Assembly: GCA_001662655.1 (NCBI GenBank)
Contig: KV460214.1
From: Pseudogymnoascus verrucosus
Taxonomy: Eukaryota
Reading direction: 5' to 3' (one strand)
Length of the DNA stretch: 64,000 nucleotides
Of the stretch, positions 1 to 12,060 are shown in pieces. Made by a program: the position numbers and the translations under genes. Under the pieces are notes generated by a model. That model was not told where the DNA came from and ran no database searches. It worked only from the letters and a program-made list of their open reading frames with translations. Numbering within the stretch: position 1 is the first letter of the stretch; each line of letters opens with the position of its first letter.

Positions 1-3000
1 ACATCCTTTCTCACCTTCTCCTCCCTCTTCTCCAGGCTTTCGAAATCCAGAAACTCCTGCTTATCATACACCTTAACTCCATGTTCCTCATCCAGCCTGT
101 CCATTTCCTTTCTATACTCCTTTCCCATGCTCACATTATCCTGTATGTCCCCGCCATATCTTTGACTCATGTACGACGAAACATGGGATTTACCCAGCGA
201 CTCCTTCCTACGCTTTACGCTCGATGCGTACAACGTCTCGATATTGCCAGTCATCTCTTCAAGGCAGTACTTCACCTCCCAGTCGTCGGTAGCTTTCAGC
301 TTGTCGGGACGAACCACCTGGTGACCGTTGACAAAGTTGCGGATGTTCAATTTGAATACTGCTAGACGGCCAACGGAGCCCTCAACGTCGCCCTCGCTTG
401 AGGTATTACAGTTCCGCGCCTCATCCGCCGCTGCTGTATCCGCATTTTCACCTGAAGATTCCGCAACAACCTCGTTGACATCACGGGCCATGGTCTCTGG
501 ATCTTCCCTTTCAGCACGGGCAACCATGAGATCCAGCATCTTGTTCATAGCCGCCTCAACCGGTGTGCCCTTTTCGACTTTGCCAAATGCATTGCGGATA
601 GTCTCTACGGACGCTGACTGGTCGAGATGGTTGAAGGCGTCCTCGAAGATTTCATTTTGATCGTCGGCGTTTACGGCTTCTGCGGCGTCTCTAATTGCGG
701 CGCGAAGGACCGCTTCTTGCCCGTCTGCATCCAGGCCAATTACTCGCCTCTCATATTCTTGGATTTGCTCGATATTGGTCTCCTGGATACCTTGAATGTC
801 CTCCTCGGCGACGGGGCGGGCGAAAATATACATGAAACAGTCGCCGTCAGAAGCACTCTTCGGCCTTGTTTCGAATTGTAGCTCCAAAGACTCTCCTGGA
901 AATTTCTCGGTTGCGCGGTCCAGCACTTTGTTCAAGAGCTCCAGGCTGACTTTAAATTCGGAGTCTCCCAGTGTAGTATCGTTAGACCCATGAAGAGACT
1001 GGTCCATATCCGGCAGGGGAAGATACTGGAAGCCAAATATCCTCTCCGTGTTATGGAACGCAACGAAAATGCCGTCCATGCGGCCCATCCGGACTTGAAG
1101 GGAGTATTTCAAGAAAGCAGAGCGGGACATGTCGTAGAACTCACGTTCGTACGAGTCATATTCACCGTACCGAGATGTGATCTCGTAACCCAGCCCTTTC
1201 TCATAATCTGTAGCGTCTCTGCGAATAGAGATGACAGCGCGAGTCTTAAGATCGTACATGCCTGTCCCAGGTAAACGAGGATCATGGGCATCAAGCTGCG
1301 AGCGCATAAGAAAGTCGCCAAAGGTTGTATAGTGATATGATTCGGGGCTGTTTTTGTCATCATCCGTAAGAGCGTGCGAATTTTCCTTTCGGTACTTTAT
1401 ATATTCTTCCTTGTCCGAAGTTAAGAACTTCTCCATTGATTTCCCAAGCCATTGGAGGACGTTGGATGTGTCAAATCCTTTGTTCGCATCAATAGCGTAA
1501 ACACCATCTCTGCGTCGAAGGAATATAGAAGCAGGCGCTCGTTGAATGGCAGTGAACGAGCTTAAAGGTCTTGGGAAGCCTCGTGATAGTTGATCATGGT
1601 TGACAGGCCGCCATTTTGATAGAAGGTAGTGGAAGTGTGCCAAAGCCGAGGTCATGCTAGATGTTGACCCAGTGTACTTGCTGCCCTCGGCAACTGCTGT
1701 ATCAATCAATGTTTTGTCTCGCGAAGAAGTGATGTATTCTTTCAGCGCGTTGTAGTCGAATTCTTTCACTGGTGTTATGGATTCCAAATAGGGGTCAAAA
1801 TTGTAGACGCGGGTATGGGGGTCCCGAAGTCGATAAACTCCCTGATTGAAGAGCACTCTTTCAAGGCCGCAAACAAGGCCAGGCACAGGTGGCTGAGGTT
1901 TCTCAACTGGAACCAACTTTAGCGCCTGTGCATGGACGCTTCCAGAACTGTAACCTTCCCCTTCCTTTAGTGGTTTAAACACAGCATCTATAGCTTCTGG
2001 CGTTGAATTTTTCAGGGCCGATTCTAGGTTTTCGTACGTTTTGAGCAAAGTCATAGATAGAGTCCTATCTGCCTTTTCAAGCTGCTCACGAGCAGCATCT
2101 TTAAATATGTCCTCACCCCCTTGTGCTAGCTCGAGGCCGCGCTTATTCAGCAATTTCTTTTCCTTCAAGACTTTCATAAGCACTGTCTTCGCAACCCGGT
2201 TGGCGGAGGAGCTAGTAATGGAATAAAGATAGGTTAAAAGTTGTCCTCTTTTCCTGCCCTGAACCCTTTTAATGAGCGGGGTGCCAGAGGGACGTATTAT
2301 CACCGTGTTTAGAACCCGCCGTGCGACAGGGTGTGATGATTGGGTCGGGGAGTTTCTGACTGTTGTCGACGACCGACCCCGAGGGGCCTTCACCACTGTG
2401 TACCGAACAAGTTGTCCTACTGATTTGGCCCCCTTTGTTCTTGAAGAACCAGTATCCGAAGACGGAGTGACAGATATATCATATAAGGCCTGCAATTTCT
2501 TCTGCCTATTTTTATTTGTTCTCCGCTTCTTGCTAGAACTTGGCGGGGGTTTCCCATCTGTTCCAGGGACACCCTCGTTGGAGTTCTGTAAGGGCTTTGC
2601 TGTTTGGTCTTGAGGATTTACCTGGACTCCCTTGGGCCGTTTCTTCGTTATGGTTTTCGATCCCTTGCCAGAGTTTGATGGCTCTAACGTAACTGCTGTT
2701 TCGCGGGCCTTGTCTCCTGGAGATGATTTGGATCGCCGCTTCGTTATCGGCTTCAGGGGTGCCGCTATTTTGTCGCTCTGGTCTGCTTGAGCTGATCCGA
2801 GGTGTTTCTTCGCGGCTTTCTGCAGCCAAGAATCCAAGGAACGTGCGCCTGTTGGCTCGGCTTTTGGAGATTCATTTTCGGCATTGTGGGTGGCTGCTGC
2901 TACATTGCTGCTCTGTCGCAACAAACGGGGTGAAGCGTTTTCACCCCTCCGGATTGTAGCATTCAGACATGATGTACACACGTACTGGCACCGTGATCCC

Positions 3001-3023
3001 ACTCGTGGTGCAATTGTGTACAT
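1..3023 (-). CDS. PET127: Mitochondrial 5'-3' exoribonuclease Pet127 (3' end runs off the window)
   Basis: Manual minus-strand translation from ATG 3023 (MYTIAPRVGSRCQYVCTSCL..., presequence-like). Contains PPVPGLVCGLERVLFNQGVYRLRDPHTRVYNFDPYLE..KEFDYNALKEYITSSRD..KYTGSTSSMT, typical of Pet127. Probably absent from the ORF track because no stop lies in the window. Confidence 0.9.
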   Translation of the reverse strand, partial: MYTIAPRVGSRCQYVCTSCLNATIRRGENASPRLLRQSSNVAAATHNAENESPKAEPTGARSLDSWLQKAAKKHLGSAQADQSDKIAAPLKPITKRRSKSSPGDKARETAVTLEPSNSGKGSKTITKKRPKGVQVNPQDQTAKPLQNSNEGVPGTDGKPPPSSSKKRRTNKNRQKKLQALYDISVTPSSDTGSSRTKGAKSVGQLVRYTVVKAPRGRSSTTVRNSPTQSSHPVARRVLNTVIIRPSGTPLIKRVQGRKRGQLLTYLYSITSSSANRVAKTVLMKVLKEKKLLNKRGLELAQGGEDIFKDAAREQLEKADRTLSMTLLKTYENLESALKNSTPEAIDAVFKPLKEGEGYSSGSVHAQALKLVPVEKPQPPVPGLVCGLERVLFNQGVYRLRDPHTRVYNFDPYLESITPVKEFDYNALKEYITSSRDKTLIDTAVAEGSKYTGSTSSMTSALAHFHYLLSKWRPVNHDQLSRGFPRPLSSFTAIQRAPASIFLRRRDGVYAIDANKGFDTSNVLQWLGKSMEKFLTSDKEEYIKYRKENSHALTDDDKNSPESYHYTTFGDFLMRSQLDAHDPRLPGTGMYDLKTRAVISIRRDATDYEKGLGYEITSRYGEYDSYEREFYDMSRSAFLKYSLQVRMGRMDGIFVAFHNTERIFGFQYLPLPDMDQSLHGSNDTTLGDSEFKVSLELLNKVLDRATEKFPGESLELQFETRPKSASDGDCFMYIFARPVAEEDIQGIQETNIEQIQEYERRVIGLDADGQEAVLRAAIRDAAEAVNADDQNEIFEDAFNHLDQSASVETIRNAFGKVEKGTPVEAAMNKMLDLMVARAEREDPETMARDVNEVVAESSGENADTAAADEARNCNTSSEGDVEGSVGRLAVFKLNIRNFVNGHQVVRPDKLKATDDWEVKYCLEEMTGNIETLYASSVKRRKESLGKSHVSSYMSQRYGGDIQDNVSMGKEYRKEMDRLDEEHGVKVYDKQEFLDFESLEKREEKVRKD

Positions 3024-3306
3024 GGCCTTAAGTCCCTAAGAATTGGGCGTGGATTTGAACTTGAGCAACATCGGCGAATGTGCTTGAAGGTTGTTCTTGG
3101 GAATTATTTTTCTTGACGTCCGCAGGCGCGCGCCACGCGCTGTTAGGCGCGTCAACCAGAAATTTAACCCGCAAGGTAAAAAAAACCAACGAATAGGAAC
3201 AGTCCAATCATGAGTCCCTTTTAAGGAAAATAATTATTACCACCACGACCCCATCAAACCAACAACCCCAACCGCCATATGGTGCGCCAGGATACTTTTT
3301 AACACT

Positions 3307-5477
3307 ATGAGCTGCAAGCTGCTGCGGCGGCCCTACCGAGCATTTTCCTTGCAGCGGGGCCTGAGAGTTCCGCCATTAAATCGAAGGGTTATTTGTACGA
3401 GGGGGTTTGCCTCTCTGTCGCCACATCCCAAGTCAGTAAATTAAACGCCCACAATCGATTGCGATATTAACTTTAATCCAGTGCGAATCCATACGATGTA
3501 ATTGTCATCGGCGGAGGCCATGCAGGATCAGAGGCATGCGCAGCCGCTGCGAGGTCTGGTGCGCGCACTGCCTTGATCACACCGAAGCTGGACAACATTG
3601 GCGTATGTTCATGTAATCCGAGTTTCGGCGGCATTGGGAAGGGTACTATGATAAGAGAGATTGATGCTCTGGATGGTGTGGCAGGGAGAATTATTGATAA
3701 GGCTGCTGTGCAATTCAGAGTGTTGAATCGGAAAAAGGGCCCAGCTGTTTGGGTAAGTGAATCTCTTTTCTTGTTGCGTTTCAAGAAGGTGTTCTAATGA
3801 TCATTTTATTAGGGCCCGCGAGCACAAATCGACCGAGATTTATACAAAAAACACATGCTGGATGAGTTACAAGGATACCCGAACCTTTCAATAGTCCCCG
3901 GGAGCGTTGCGGATATTATCGTCTCGAAGGAAACTCTGGACGGCCAACCCTCCTCGAAAATTACTGGAGTAAGACTTGAATCTGGCGAGATTATCCCTAC
4001 CAACCAAGTCATCATAACAACAGGAACGTTTTTGGGCGGTGAAATTCACATTGGCCTAGAATGTTTTCCATCTGGGCGCATAGGCGAAGCGGCGACATTT
4101 GGACTCAGCAAGTCACTGAAAGATGCTGGGTTTAAACTTGGGAGACTGAAGACCGGAACCCCTCCGAGACTGTCAAGGAGGACCATCGACTTCAGCACAT
4201 TAGAGCAGCAGCCCGGGGATGATCCCCCGATGCCGTTCAGCTACCTCAACGACGAGGTGACAGTCAAGGAGCAGATGTTCTGTTACTCAACATACACCAA
4301 TGAGAAGGCCCACGATATTATCAGAGACAACCTTGACAAGTCTATTCATATCCGGGAGTCTGTCAAGGGCCCTCGATATTGTCCATCGCTAGAGTCGAAA
4401 ATAATTAAGTTTTCGGACAAAAAGAGCCATATAATCTGGCTTGAGCCGGAAGGATTTGACAGCGATGTCATCTATCCCAATGGGATTTCTATGACCGTTC
4501 CAGCCGAGGCACAGGAGCAAATGCTTAAGACTATACGCGGGTTGGAAAACGCCACAATGTTGCAGCCTGGTTACGGAGTTGAATATGATTATGTCGACCC
4601 AAGGAACTTGAAGTCGACTCTCGAAACGAAATCTATAGCCGGGTTGTTCCTGGCTGGCCAGATCAACGGAACTACAGGGTATGAAGAGGCTGCTGCGCAA
4701 GGAATAGTCGCTGGGATCAACGCCGGTTTAGTTTCCCAGGGCCGGGAGCCGATGATTTTGTCAAGAAGTGACGGCTACATAGGCATAATGATTGATGACC
4801 TGATAACGAAGGGCGTATCTGAGCCATACCGGATGTTCACATCACGAAGTGAATATAGGATGAGCGCTCGCGCGGACAATGCGGATTTGAGGCTCACTCC
4901 TAAAGGGCGTGCGGCTGGAGTCGTGAGTGATGCGCGGTGGTCCAGTTTCCAGGATATATCCAGCCAAATGAATGAGCTGGAACAGATTCTTCGAGCTGAT
5001 ATACGCTCTGGCCCAGCCTGGATCGACGACGGATTCGAAGTTACAAAAGATACAACTAAAAGAAGCGCATTTGACATTTTGCGTCGTGCCGGGATGAGCA
5101 TAGACAGGCTGTCGAACAAAATACCAGAGGTGCTGAAGTACAGCAAAGCGATACAGGATCGGGTTGGAATCGAAGCGGTGTATGCACCATACATTGCCCA
5201 ACAGACTGCTTCAATGAAGGTCTTTCAGATAGATGAACAACTGCATCTTCCAGTTGATTTGGACTACGGCAAGGTCCATGGCATATCCATGCACGAGAGG
5301 TTTCTTTTAGAAGCCACAAGACCTGAGTCTGTCGGCCAAGCTCGGAGGATTGAGGGCATGACTCCGACGGGTTGCTTGAGGCTCCTAGCTCACGTACAGA
5401 ACACTCGCAAACGTGAAGCCAGGGCTATTTTATATGAAGAGAACACGGCCAATAAGAGGAGGGTCGCCGGCTTGTAA
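3307..5477 (+). CDS. MTO1: Mitochondrial tRNA U34 modification flavoenzyme (MnmG/GidA family), 2 introns
   Basis: [15 protein letters not shown] motif, [61 protein letters not shown]. Arg-rich presequence; introns near 3432-3481 and 3753-3812. Confidence 0.96.
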
Positions 5478-5866
5478 GATATATGAATGTATGATAAGAT
5501 TGTATATTAGACAGATCCGGACAGCAGCAGCTTTGGGGACGTTATTATCGTTGGATAGTTACCACTAAGGAGATTCAACCATGCTTCAACATATCTCTTG
5601 TGGAGGCTATGTTGCCTTGCCCGTCGTACTTTCCGAAATACCCTACTTTAGGTTTAACAAGCTCCATTTGCTCCTTCCAGAGTTCACAGGACGGTACAGT
5701 AAGTTTGTTGGTCAATCCTTAATGTCCGCGTTCCATCTGGTTTTGTCCTGTCTATTAATTTAACTTATTCACATTTCAATTTTTGCTATCGGCCTATGCA
5801 GCCTTGATAGGTTATATACCAGCTTCCCACCGCATTCTTACATTCGGAAAGACAATACTGTCCAAA

Positions 5867-7591
5867 ATGGATGGTAGTAACTCGACAGGTGTCCATACAC
5901 TTAGTGGCGTCGCTGGACGTCATGTCCTGCCCAGCGATATGGGGTCCCAGACTGCGCCAGTCGTCAAATTTCCGTCTCCAATCCAATACCCAGTCCCTAG
6001 AGCACTTTGCGATGAAGCTCAGGTCCAATATGCTTTTAGCCAGACACATTCACACAGCAACTTTGGATATCGCGACACAGTCTATTATTCGAGTTTCCTC
6101 AGTGGCATGCGTGTGTATGCGCAGGCAGGGCCTCAATTGTCAGCTCCCTATCGACGGTCACTCAGCAACCAATATATTGAAAGCAACTTGGCCCAGCCCC
6201 ACGCCCATCAAAATACAGATTCAGGAACTAGTGCTACACTTCACCGGGAAGAACAATTGCACGTGGCATCCAAACCGATTCCATTATTCTCACAACCTGC
6301 CCCAGATGTTCTGGAAAGTGCACGAAGTTGGCAGGCAATGGAGACTACCAGCGCATTTGCCCATACACCAAACTTCCAGGTCACTATCGGGAATGTCGAT
6401 TCTCAGCAGAGAATCACGAGGTATGTTGGAGATCATGCGCACACCTCGACCAAAGTCACACTGTCCTATAGTGCTAGCGCAAATTCCCGTTCTTTGAATG
6501 CAGATGCTTTCCGCATTCACCCCTTGAATTGCTATACCGGGGACCTCAAGAGAAAATTATCTACCTCTTCCTCTTCAAGAAATCCAATCGGCTTCGCGAG
6601 AGCTTTAAGAAGCACTACCACGCCTACCGTGCCGACTCCCAGCTCCAAAACATCGTCGTCTTCACCTATTGACGAGCGGGGTTCCATGATAACTCCACCT
6701 GAGAGCATCAGCAACGAACTACAACCGGAGCGATATGACGAGTGGATGCAACAGGCTAAGAACGTGCAACTTGAAGATTTACCAGGGCTGGAAAGCTTTG
6801 AAAGCATGTCTCAAGTTTCCCAAGAAAGGATTCAGGGTCTAAGAGCCGACCCAAGCGGAAAATGGGCTGGACTAAGCGAAGAGACGATTCGCCGTATGGT
6901 GATAAAAACAAGGCTTAAGAAAAGAGCAAAGCGGAAATATGATCTGTTCTTGCGACTGCAGAAGCGGGCGCCTTCAGACAGTACAACGAATCCTCGGTTT
7001 TCACTGAGGGGGGTGCAAATGATTCAGGCCCAGGCTCGAAAGTATGGCATTGGAACGGAACCTGTCGAGGCGAGAGAAACAGTTGCTCAATTGGCTTTTT
7101 GGGATCATGAAAAGGCCGAATTTGCTAAGTTTGAGCGAGATCTGCTGTTAACACGAGGTAACACCTCTGAAGTTCTTCAGAAACAGAAAACCAAGAGGCC
7201 ATCTCAACATAAAAGGGAGTGTGAACAGTTCTCGGAAACTTTTATGCCTCAAAACGAAGATGAAAGGGAAATAAGCCCTGGCAGCACTCAGTCGAATGCT
7301 ACAGAAGTAATTAATCTCCTGGGTACCCGCTCCACCGCTAATTCCCCAGAAAGGGGAGATATGGAGCAGGAGAAAACCCCCGATTCTAAGTTCCAGATTC
7401 CGACCACCTTGGCTTTATCAAGAGGGTTTGGAGGTGCAACTTTATCTCAAATGATGGGTATTGGTGACGATGAACGGCTCATGAAGCGGCTAGTTTCTTT
7501 GGGTCCTGGAGATGCTATTTTTGACAGACAGCCTGAGTTTGCACCAGGAGAAACTACGTCGGAAACTTTGAACAATATGCCCCTGGATTAG
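5867..7591 (+). CDS. Hypothetical low-complexity (Ser/Thr/Pro-rich) protein with a basic patch, ~574 aa
   Basis: Long uninterrupted ORF (5783-7591, first ATG 5867) with a KTRLKKRAKRK NLS-like stretch; no recognisable domain. Confidence 0.65.
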   Translation: MDGSNSTGVHTLSGVAGRHVLPSDMGSQTAPVVKFPSPIQYPVPRALCDEAQVQYAFSQTHSHSNFGYRDTVYYSSFLSGMRVYAQAGPQLSAPYRRSLSNQYIESNLAQPHAHQNTDSGTSATLHREEQLHVASKPIPLFSQPAPDVLESARSWQAMETTSAFAHTPNFQVTIGNVDSQQRITRYVGDHAHTSTKVTLSYSASANSRSLNADAFRIHPLNCYTGDLKRKLSTSSSSRNPIGFARALRSTTTPTVPTPSSKTSSSSPIDERGSMITPPESISNELQPERYDEWMQQAKNVQLEDLPGLESFESMSQVSQERIQGLRADPSGKWAGLSEETIRRMVIKTRLKKRAKRKYDLFLRLQKRAPSDSTTNPRFSLRGVQMIQAQARKYGIGTEPVEARETVAQLAFWDHEKAEFAKFERDLLLTRGNTSEVLQKQKTKRPSQHKRECEQFSETFMPQNEDEREISPGSTQSNATEVINLLGTRSTANSPERGDMEQEKTPDSKFQIPTTLALSRGFGGATLSQMMGIGDDERLMKRLVSLGPGDAIFDRQPEFAPGETTSETLNNMPLD

Positions 7592-8045
7592 CGCACTTGA
7601 TAAGCATGGTTGCAAGGGCAACGAACCATTATCGATATCGCAGTTTTGGAAATGAAGTTTTGGAAATGAAGTTTTGGTTAGAGGTGGAGTTAGCAGTTAT
7701 TTGTTTTTAAACGGCACTGTTATGGTATGGGTACGTCTTATTATTTTGAGATTGCAATTGGGCATTCCATAGGACAAACATACACCACAATTCCCGTGTG
7801 GTAACTTAAACATCAGTAGCTCTTTTGATTGTTTTAACTCTCGTCGTTCCTCCATTTCTGTAGTCATCATTTCTTATGCAGTGCGTATATTACTATTTTT
7901 GAACTGTTGGTGATAAATTATATGGAGAAATTTATTTATATTCTTTTAGAAATAGCAGAATATTAACTATATATACGACCTATGCATGTACTATAGCTCC
8001 AAATGTTCTGCCTGGCCTTGTGAGCAATCATCGCCAGGGCTTCAG

Positions 8046-9339
8046 CTATGCCGCCTCTACTTTAACGTCATCATCGGCCTCCTCATCCCTTTCCGGATCC
8101 TCCTTCTCGTCCTTGTCATCGCCAGCACCAGTGCTTTCCTCGCTTGGCCAATTCAACTCTCTCCAGTCTTCTCCCTCCTCAATCACACACCTGAGCCTGT
8201 CTCTAATACTCTCGACCGCAAAGCTCCCCAAAAGTAGCCTCAGTGGTGGAAAACTGCAATGTCCCAGCTGCCACACCAGCTCTGCGCTCTTCACCACACT
8301 CGTTGGCTGCCTGTCTCCCAACCATTGCACCATGCGCTTATAATGCTGCGCAGGGCTACTGGGGCTGCTGTACGGTTCGCTCGCCGGCTTGATAAGGAAG
8401 TGACCATATAATGGGAGACCTGTGCCGACAATCTTCTCTCTCTCGGGCTGGTCTGGGTCGTCTCTTCGCACCAACCCGGGCTCCACAAGAGTAGCCTTGA
8501 TATTAAACGCATCGACTTCATAAAGCAGAGCCTCTATAAGCCCCTCCACCGCATACTTACTCGCGCAATACGGTCCCAAGCCTGGCACACCCAACGCGCC
8601 CGTTGTCGAGCTAAAAATCAAGTAGCGCCCATGCGCCTGCTCGCGGAAAATCGGCAAGCTGAGCTGCAAAATATTCAGCGTGCCCATGAAATTCGTCTCG
8701 ATCTGGTTGCGGATCTCGTGCTCGTCCTGGTCCTCGCATGCGCCGATGATGGCCGTACCACTGCAGTTCGCAATCAGGTCGATGCGTCCGAAGTGCGCGA
8801 TGGCTTTGTTCATCACGGCTTCGACGGTGGCGCGCGAGCGCACGTCACAGAGGGTGCCGAGACAGTTGGGATGCCAGTTTTGCATGGAGGCGGGAGGGTT
8901 GAGGTGGGTTTGGCCGACGGCGACGACGAGGTCGTTGTGCCGCAGGGCGCAGCTGGTGAGGGAGCGGCCGATGTGGCCTGTTGCACCGAAGATCTGAGAT
9001 GGGTTAGATATGTATAAATTGGCACTTGAGATATTCAATTCCTTCTCCAGCCGCTGTTACTAGAAGATGCCTCTGGTCATGTGCCATGAAATAGACACCG
9101 CTCACCACCTTGACAACTGTGAAGAAGCAAAATTGTTGACTTACAATCCATACGAGCTGCTTCGGCGGATTATTCGGACCTGGAGGATCACAACTAGATG
9201 GGAGCTCGACTTTCAATTCTTGTCTTGCTCTATCAGGAGACGTGTGCTCAGGTTGCTTTGCGCTGCCATCAGTCCCGTTGGGAGCCACGTCCCCGGCGAC
9301 TCCATGGTAGCCTAAGTCTTCGGCTTTGAAGGCATCCAT
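8046..9339 (-). CDS. Short-chain dehydrogenase/reductase (SDR), 1 intron
   Basis: Exon 1 ends ...KQLVWI and exon 2 starts IFGATGHIG (Rossmann fold). Also FGRIDLIANCSG and catalytic YCASK (YxxxK). Confidence 0.88.
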
Positions 9340-9676
9340 CCTCTCAACGCCTCACAAGATAAAGCCAAATCCCATGAGCGCTCAAAGACCAAAAGGCATT
9401 GGCTGATTGGCTGAGACGTGGTGAGTTATTAGAGGAAGCGGGCCATAAAGCTACGCCATGCGGAGTTGGTTTTGGTGGGGTGAACTGTGCGGGGGTTGAA
9501 TTTGGGTTCATAGTGGACGGAGCTATGGTATAAAATGCTACGTACTTTTTGCAACTTGCAGTAAAAAATAAATTTCTAGGGACATTCTACGGTTTTAAAA
9601 ATGGGTATTCATCAATCTAAATATTGCTAATCATTGCAATACTAGCTCATATCTACTATGTACTTGCTTTCCTCGT

Positions 9677-10308
9677 CTAAACCTTCAGTGTCTTGTCGAC
9701 ATATTCCTGCCTGTACGGGTTGATATCGACATCTGGCCCGCGGTTCAGCGGTGTCCACTTTGGCTCCTCCTTGAACAATCTCATTGCAACAATGAACTTT
9801 GTTTTCGCGTTAGTTTCTAGGTTCGAGCTCAATTGGATATTCGTGGGTATGCTCACATTGCTCGCGTCGGTCGTAAACCTGTGATAGATGCCCGCCGGGA
9901 GAATAATCAAGTCGTCCTTCTCCAGCAAAATCCTCACCCACTCATCACCCTCGTTCCTGACATCAAAGTATCCCTTTCCGTCGCGGATATATCTGATCTC
10001 CTCATCCTCGTGCATGTGCTCTGCGAAGAACGACTTGACCTTCGTCTCGTAGACCTCCCCCATTGCGCTCGGCGACACGGTGATCACATCGCGGTTCTTG
10101 TATGAGCGCTCCGACGCCAGAGCATCAACTTGTTCGAGCTCGGAGTAGTTGTAGTAGAGGACGCCCACGCGCGAGAGCTGGTCGACGGAGACCTCGCGTC
10201 CGGAGTCGTGGGGTTCGCGCTGGTCGCCCTGGGGAGCCGTTAGTTGAAATGCGACATGGCGAAGACGGGAGAACTCACGGGCAAGTTGTCGTACCAGTAG
10301 GCTTTCAT
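9677..10308 (-). CDS. ADI1: Acireductone dioxygenase (methionine salvage), 2 introns
   Basis: [18 protein letters not shown] start; cupin metal motif [40 protein letters not shown]. Confidence 0.96.
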
Positions 10309-10974
10309 GTTGGCGTGTGTAGGGTATAGTATATTCTGGGAAGACGAAGGATCAAAGAGGTACGGGTTGATTTATAGTTATTTCGTTGGAGAGAAGCTTG
10401 ATTTGTGATGGTTTACCCCTCGTATTGATGACGGGCGATCGGTGACCCCACCAGTGCTGACCAGCGGGGTTGCACCATTTCACATGATTTTAGCCAATTA
10501 CTATAACGGTATATTCATATTTACAACCACAGTTCATACTGATCAACATAATTCGTATTGATCATCTCGTCATATTTTCTTGAAGAATTCTAGTAAGGTC
10601 TATGAATGTGAACCTTTATGGGGCTTGATTCGTGGTTTAATTCCACGTGGGATAGTCTCATCTCAAGCTTCATCCCTGAGGTGGAACCAAGGGGCCTGGA
10701 GAGTTATAGCGATTGGTAAAATTGATATTTGGCTCGATCTTTTCACCGCCACTTCTTCTTCCCCTGTCGCAATGTGTCGAAGGGGCACGGCAGAGTATGC
10801 CTCTTCCTGATACTTGGCTACGCCAACGAGCCGAGAGCCGAGAGAGTTACGGGCGTAGCATACTCAGGTCTTCTACTGGCCTGGTAGATGTATGCTGGTG
10901 TGCTGTGGTAGCCAAGGGGCAAACTCACTGCGGCAAAGTCCCTGAAACTTTGACCAAAGCCTAGATAAAGCCTC

Positions 10975-11653
10975 TCAATCCCAGTCATCATTATCGCTGT
11001 CTTCCTTCACAGCCTTCTTGACGCCGAATCTAACACCACCATCGCCCTGCGTCTTCGCTCTTTGGACCACACCAGAGCCAAGTAGACGCGCTTCAAGATC
11101 GGCAGTAGTGAAGTTATCCGCGGTGTATGACAACCCCTCGAAGCCTACGATCCTATCGACGCTAATTCCACCAACGAAACAGATAACGCAGGGCAGGACC
11201 TGGACCCTTAGCTTCGTAACAAGAAACGGGGCGTTATCGACGTTCATCTTGAGGAACCTGGTATCGAAATGCTTCTTGGCCAGTGACTATTGGACGCAAC
11301 AGTCAGAACAACACTCCAAAATATAGTTCAACGGGCAAGCAAACCTCAAGGTGGCTGTCCATAACCCTGCAACGTTGGAAGTCCTCCTTTGAAAAGTGTA
11401 CCACGGCATGCTTTGAGGACGTAGTCAAGTCCATCAATGCCTTCTCATCCTTGATTTCGGTGTAGTCGCCAAACCCCTGGTTCTTCTGCGTCTTTGCCCG
11501 TGTAAACTCGGCGTGAAGCTGCTGTATACGCTGCTCTCTGAACGCGTCGAGAGCTGGGGAATCTTCCAGAGACTCAATGAGCGCATCTTCGTCGTCCGAG
11601 TTATACTCGGTCTTATCCACCAGAGCTGCCACTTGGGCGTCGATTTTAGCCAT
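10975..11653 (-). CDS. PLP1: Phosducin-like thioredoxin-fold protein (PhLP3/TXNDC9 type), 1 intron
   Basis: FREQRIQQL, VVHFSKEDFQRCRVMDSHL, NAPFLVTKLRVQVLPC, DRIVGFEGL, acidic DDWD C-terminus. Confidence 0.85.
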
Positions 11654-12060
11654 TATTGCTGATAGGATGCCCTCACAAGTAACCCCGCGAGTCAATTCTT
11701 GAATCGCTAGATAATTGCGATAGGCGACCAAGGACCGGAATGGGGCCCGTGCATGAGTTTTGTGGTCCAAATATGCTTATGTAAGCGTAATCTTGCCTCC
11801 TGGTTGTGGTCTAATTTGGGAAGACCAGAAAGGTGGGCAAGACCAGTTCTCGAAAACCAAAGGAAAACTCGCTCCTGTTCGATTCCGAAGCAATAGTCAT
11901 TCGTTACCTGATGCTTATATAGTACGGCCAGCGACAACGCGACAGATTTCAGACCTCACCGTTTGACCTGCTCAACGGGCCTCGTATTTCCCCTTTCGCC
12001 TTGTAACCCAAGCGCATCGCATTTCAGCTCAGGAGACAGCGAGTCTTCCCAACCGCAACC

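Noticed and set aside
7643..7677. 14-bp direct repeat GTTTTGGAAATGAA, ~2.5 copies
   Set aside because: Short slippage duplication in a 3' region; unremarkable.
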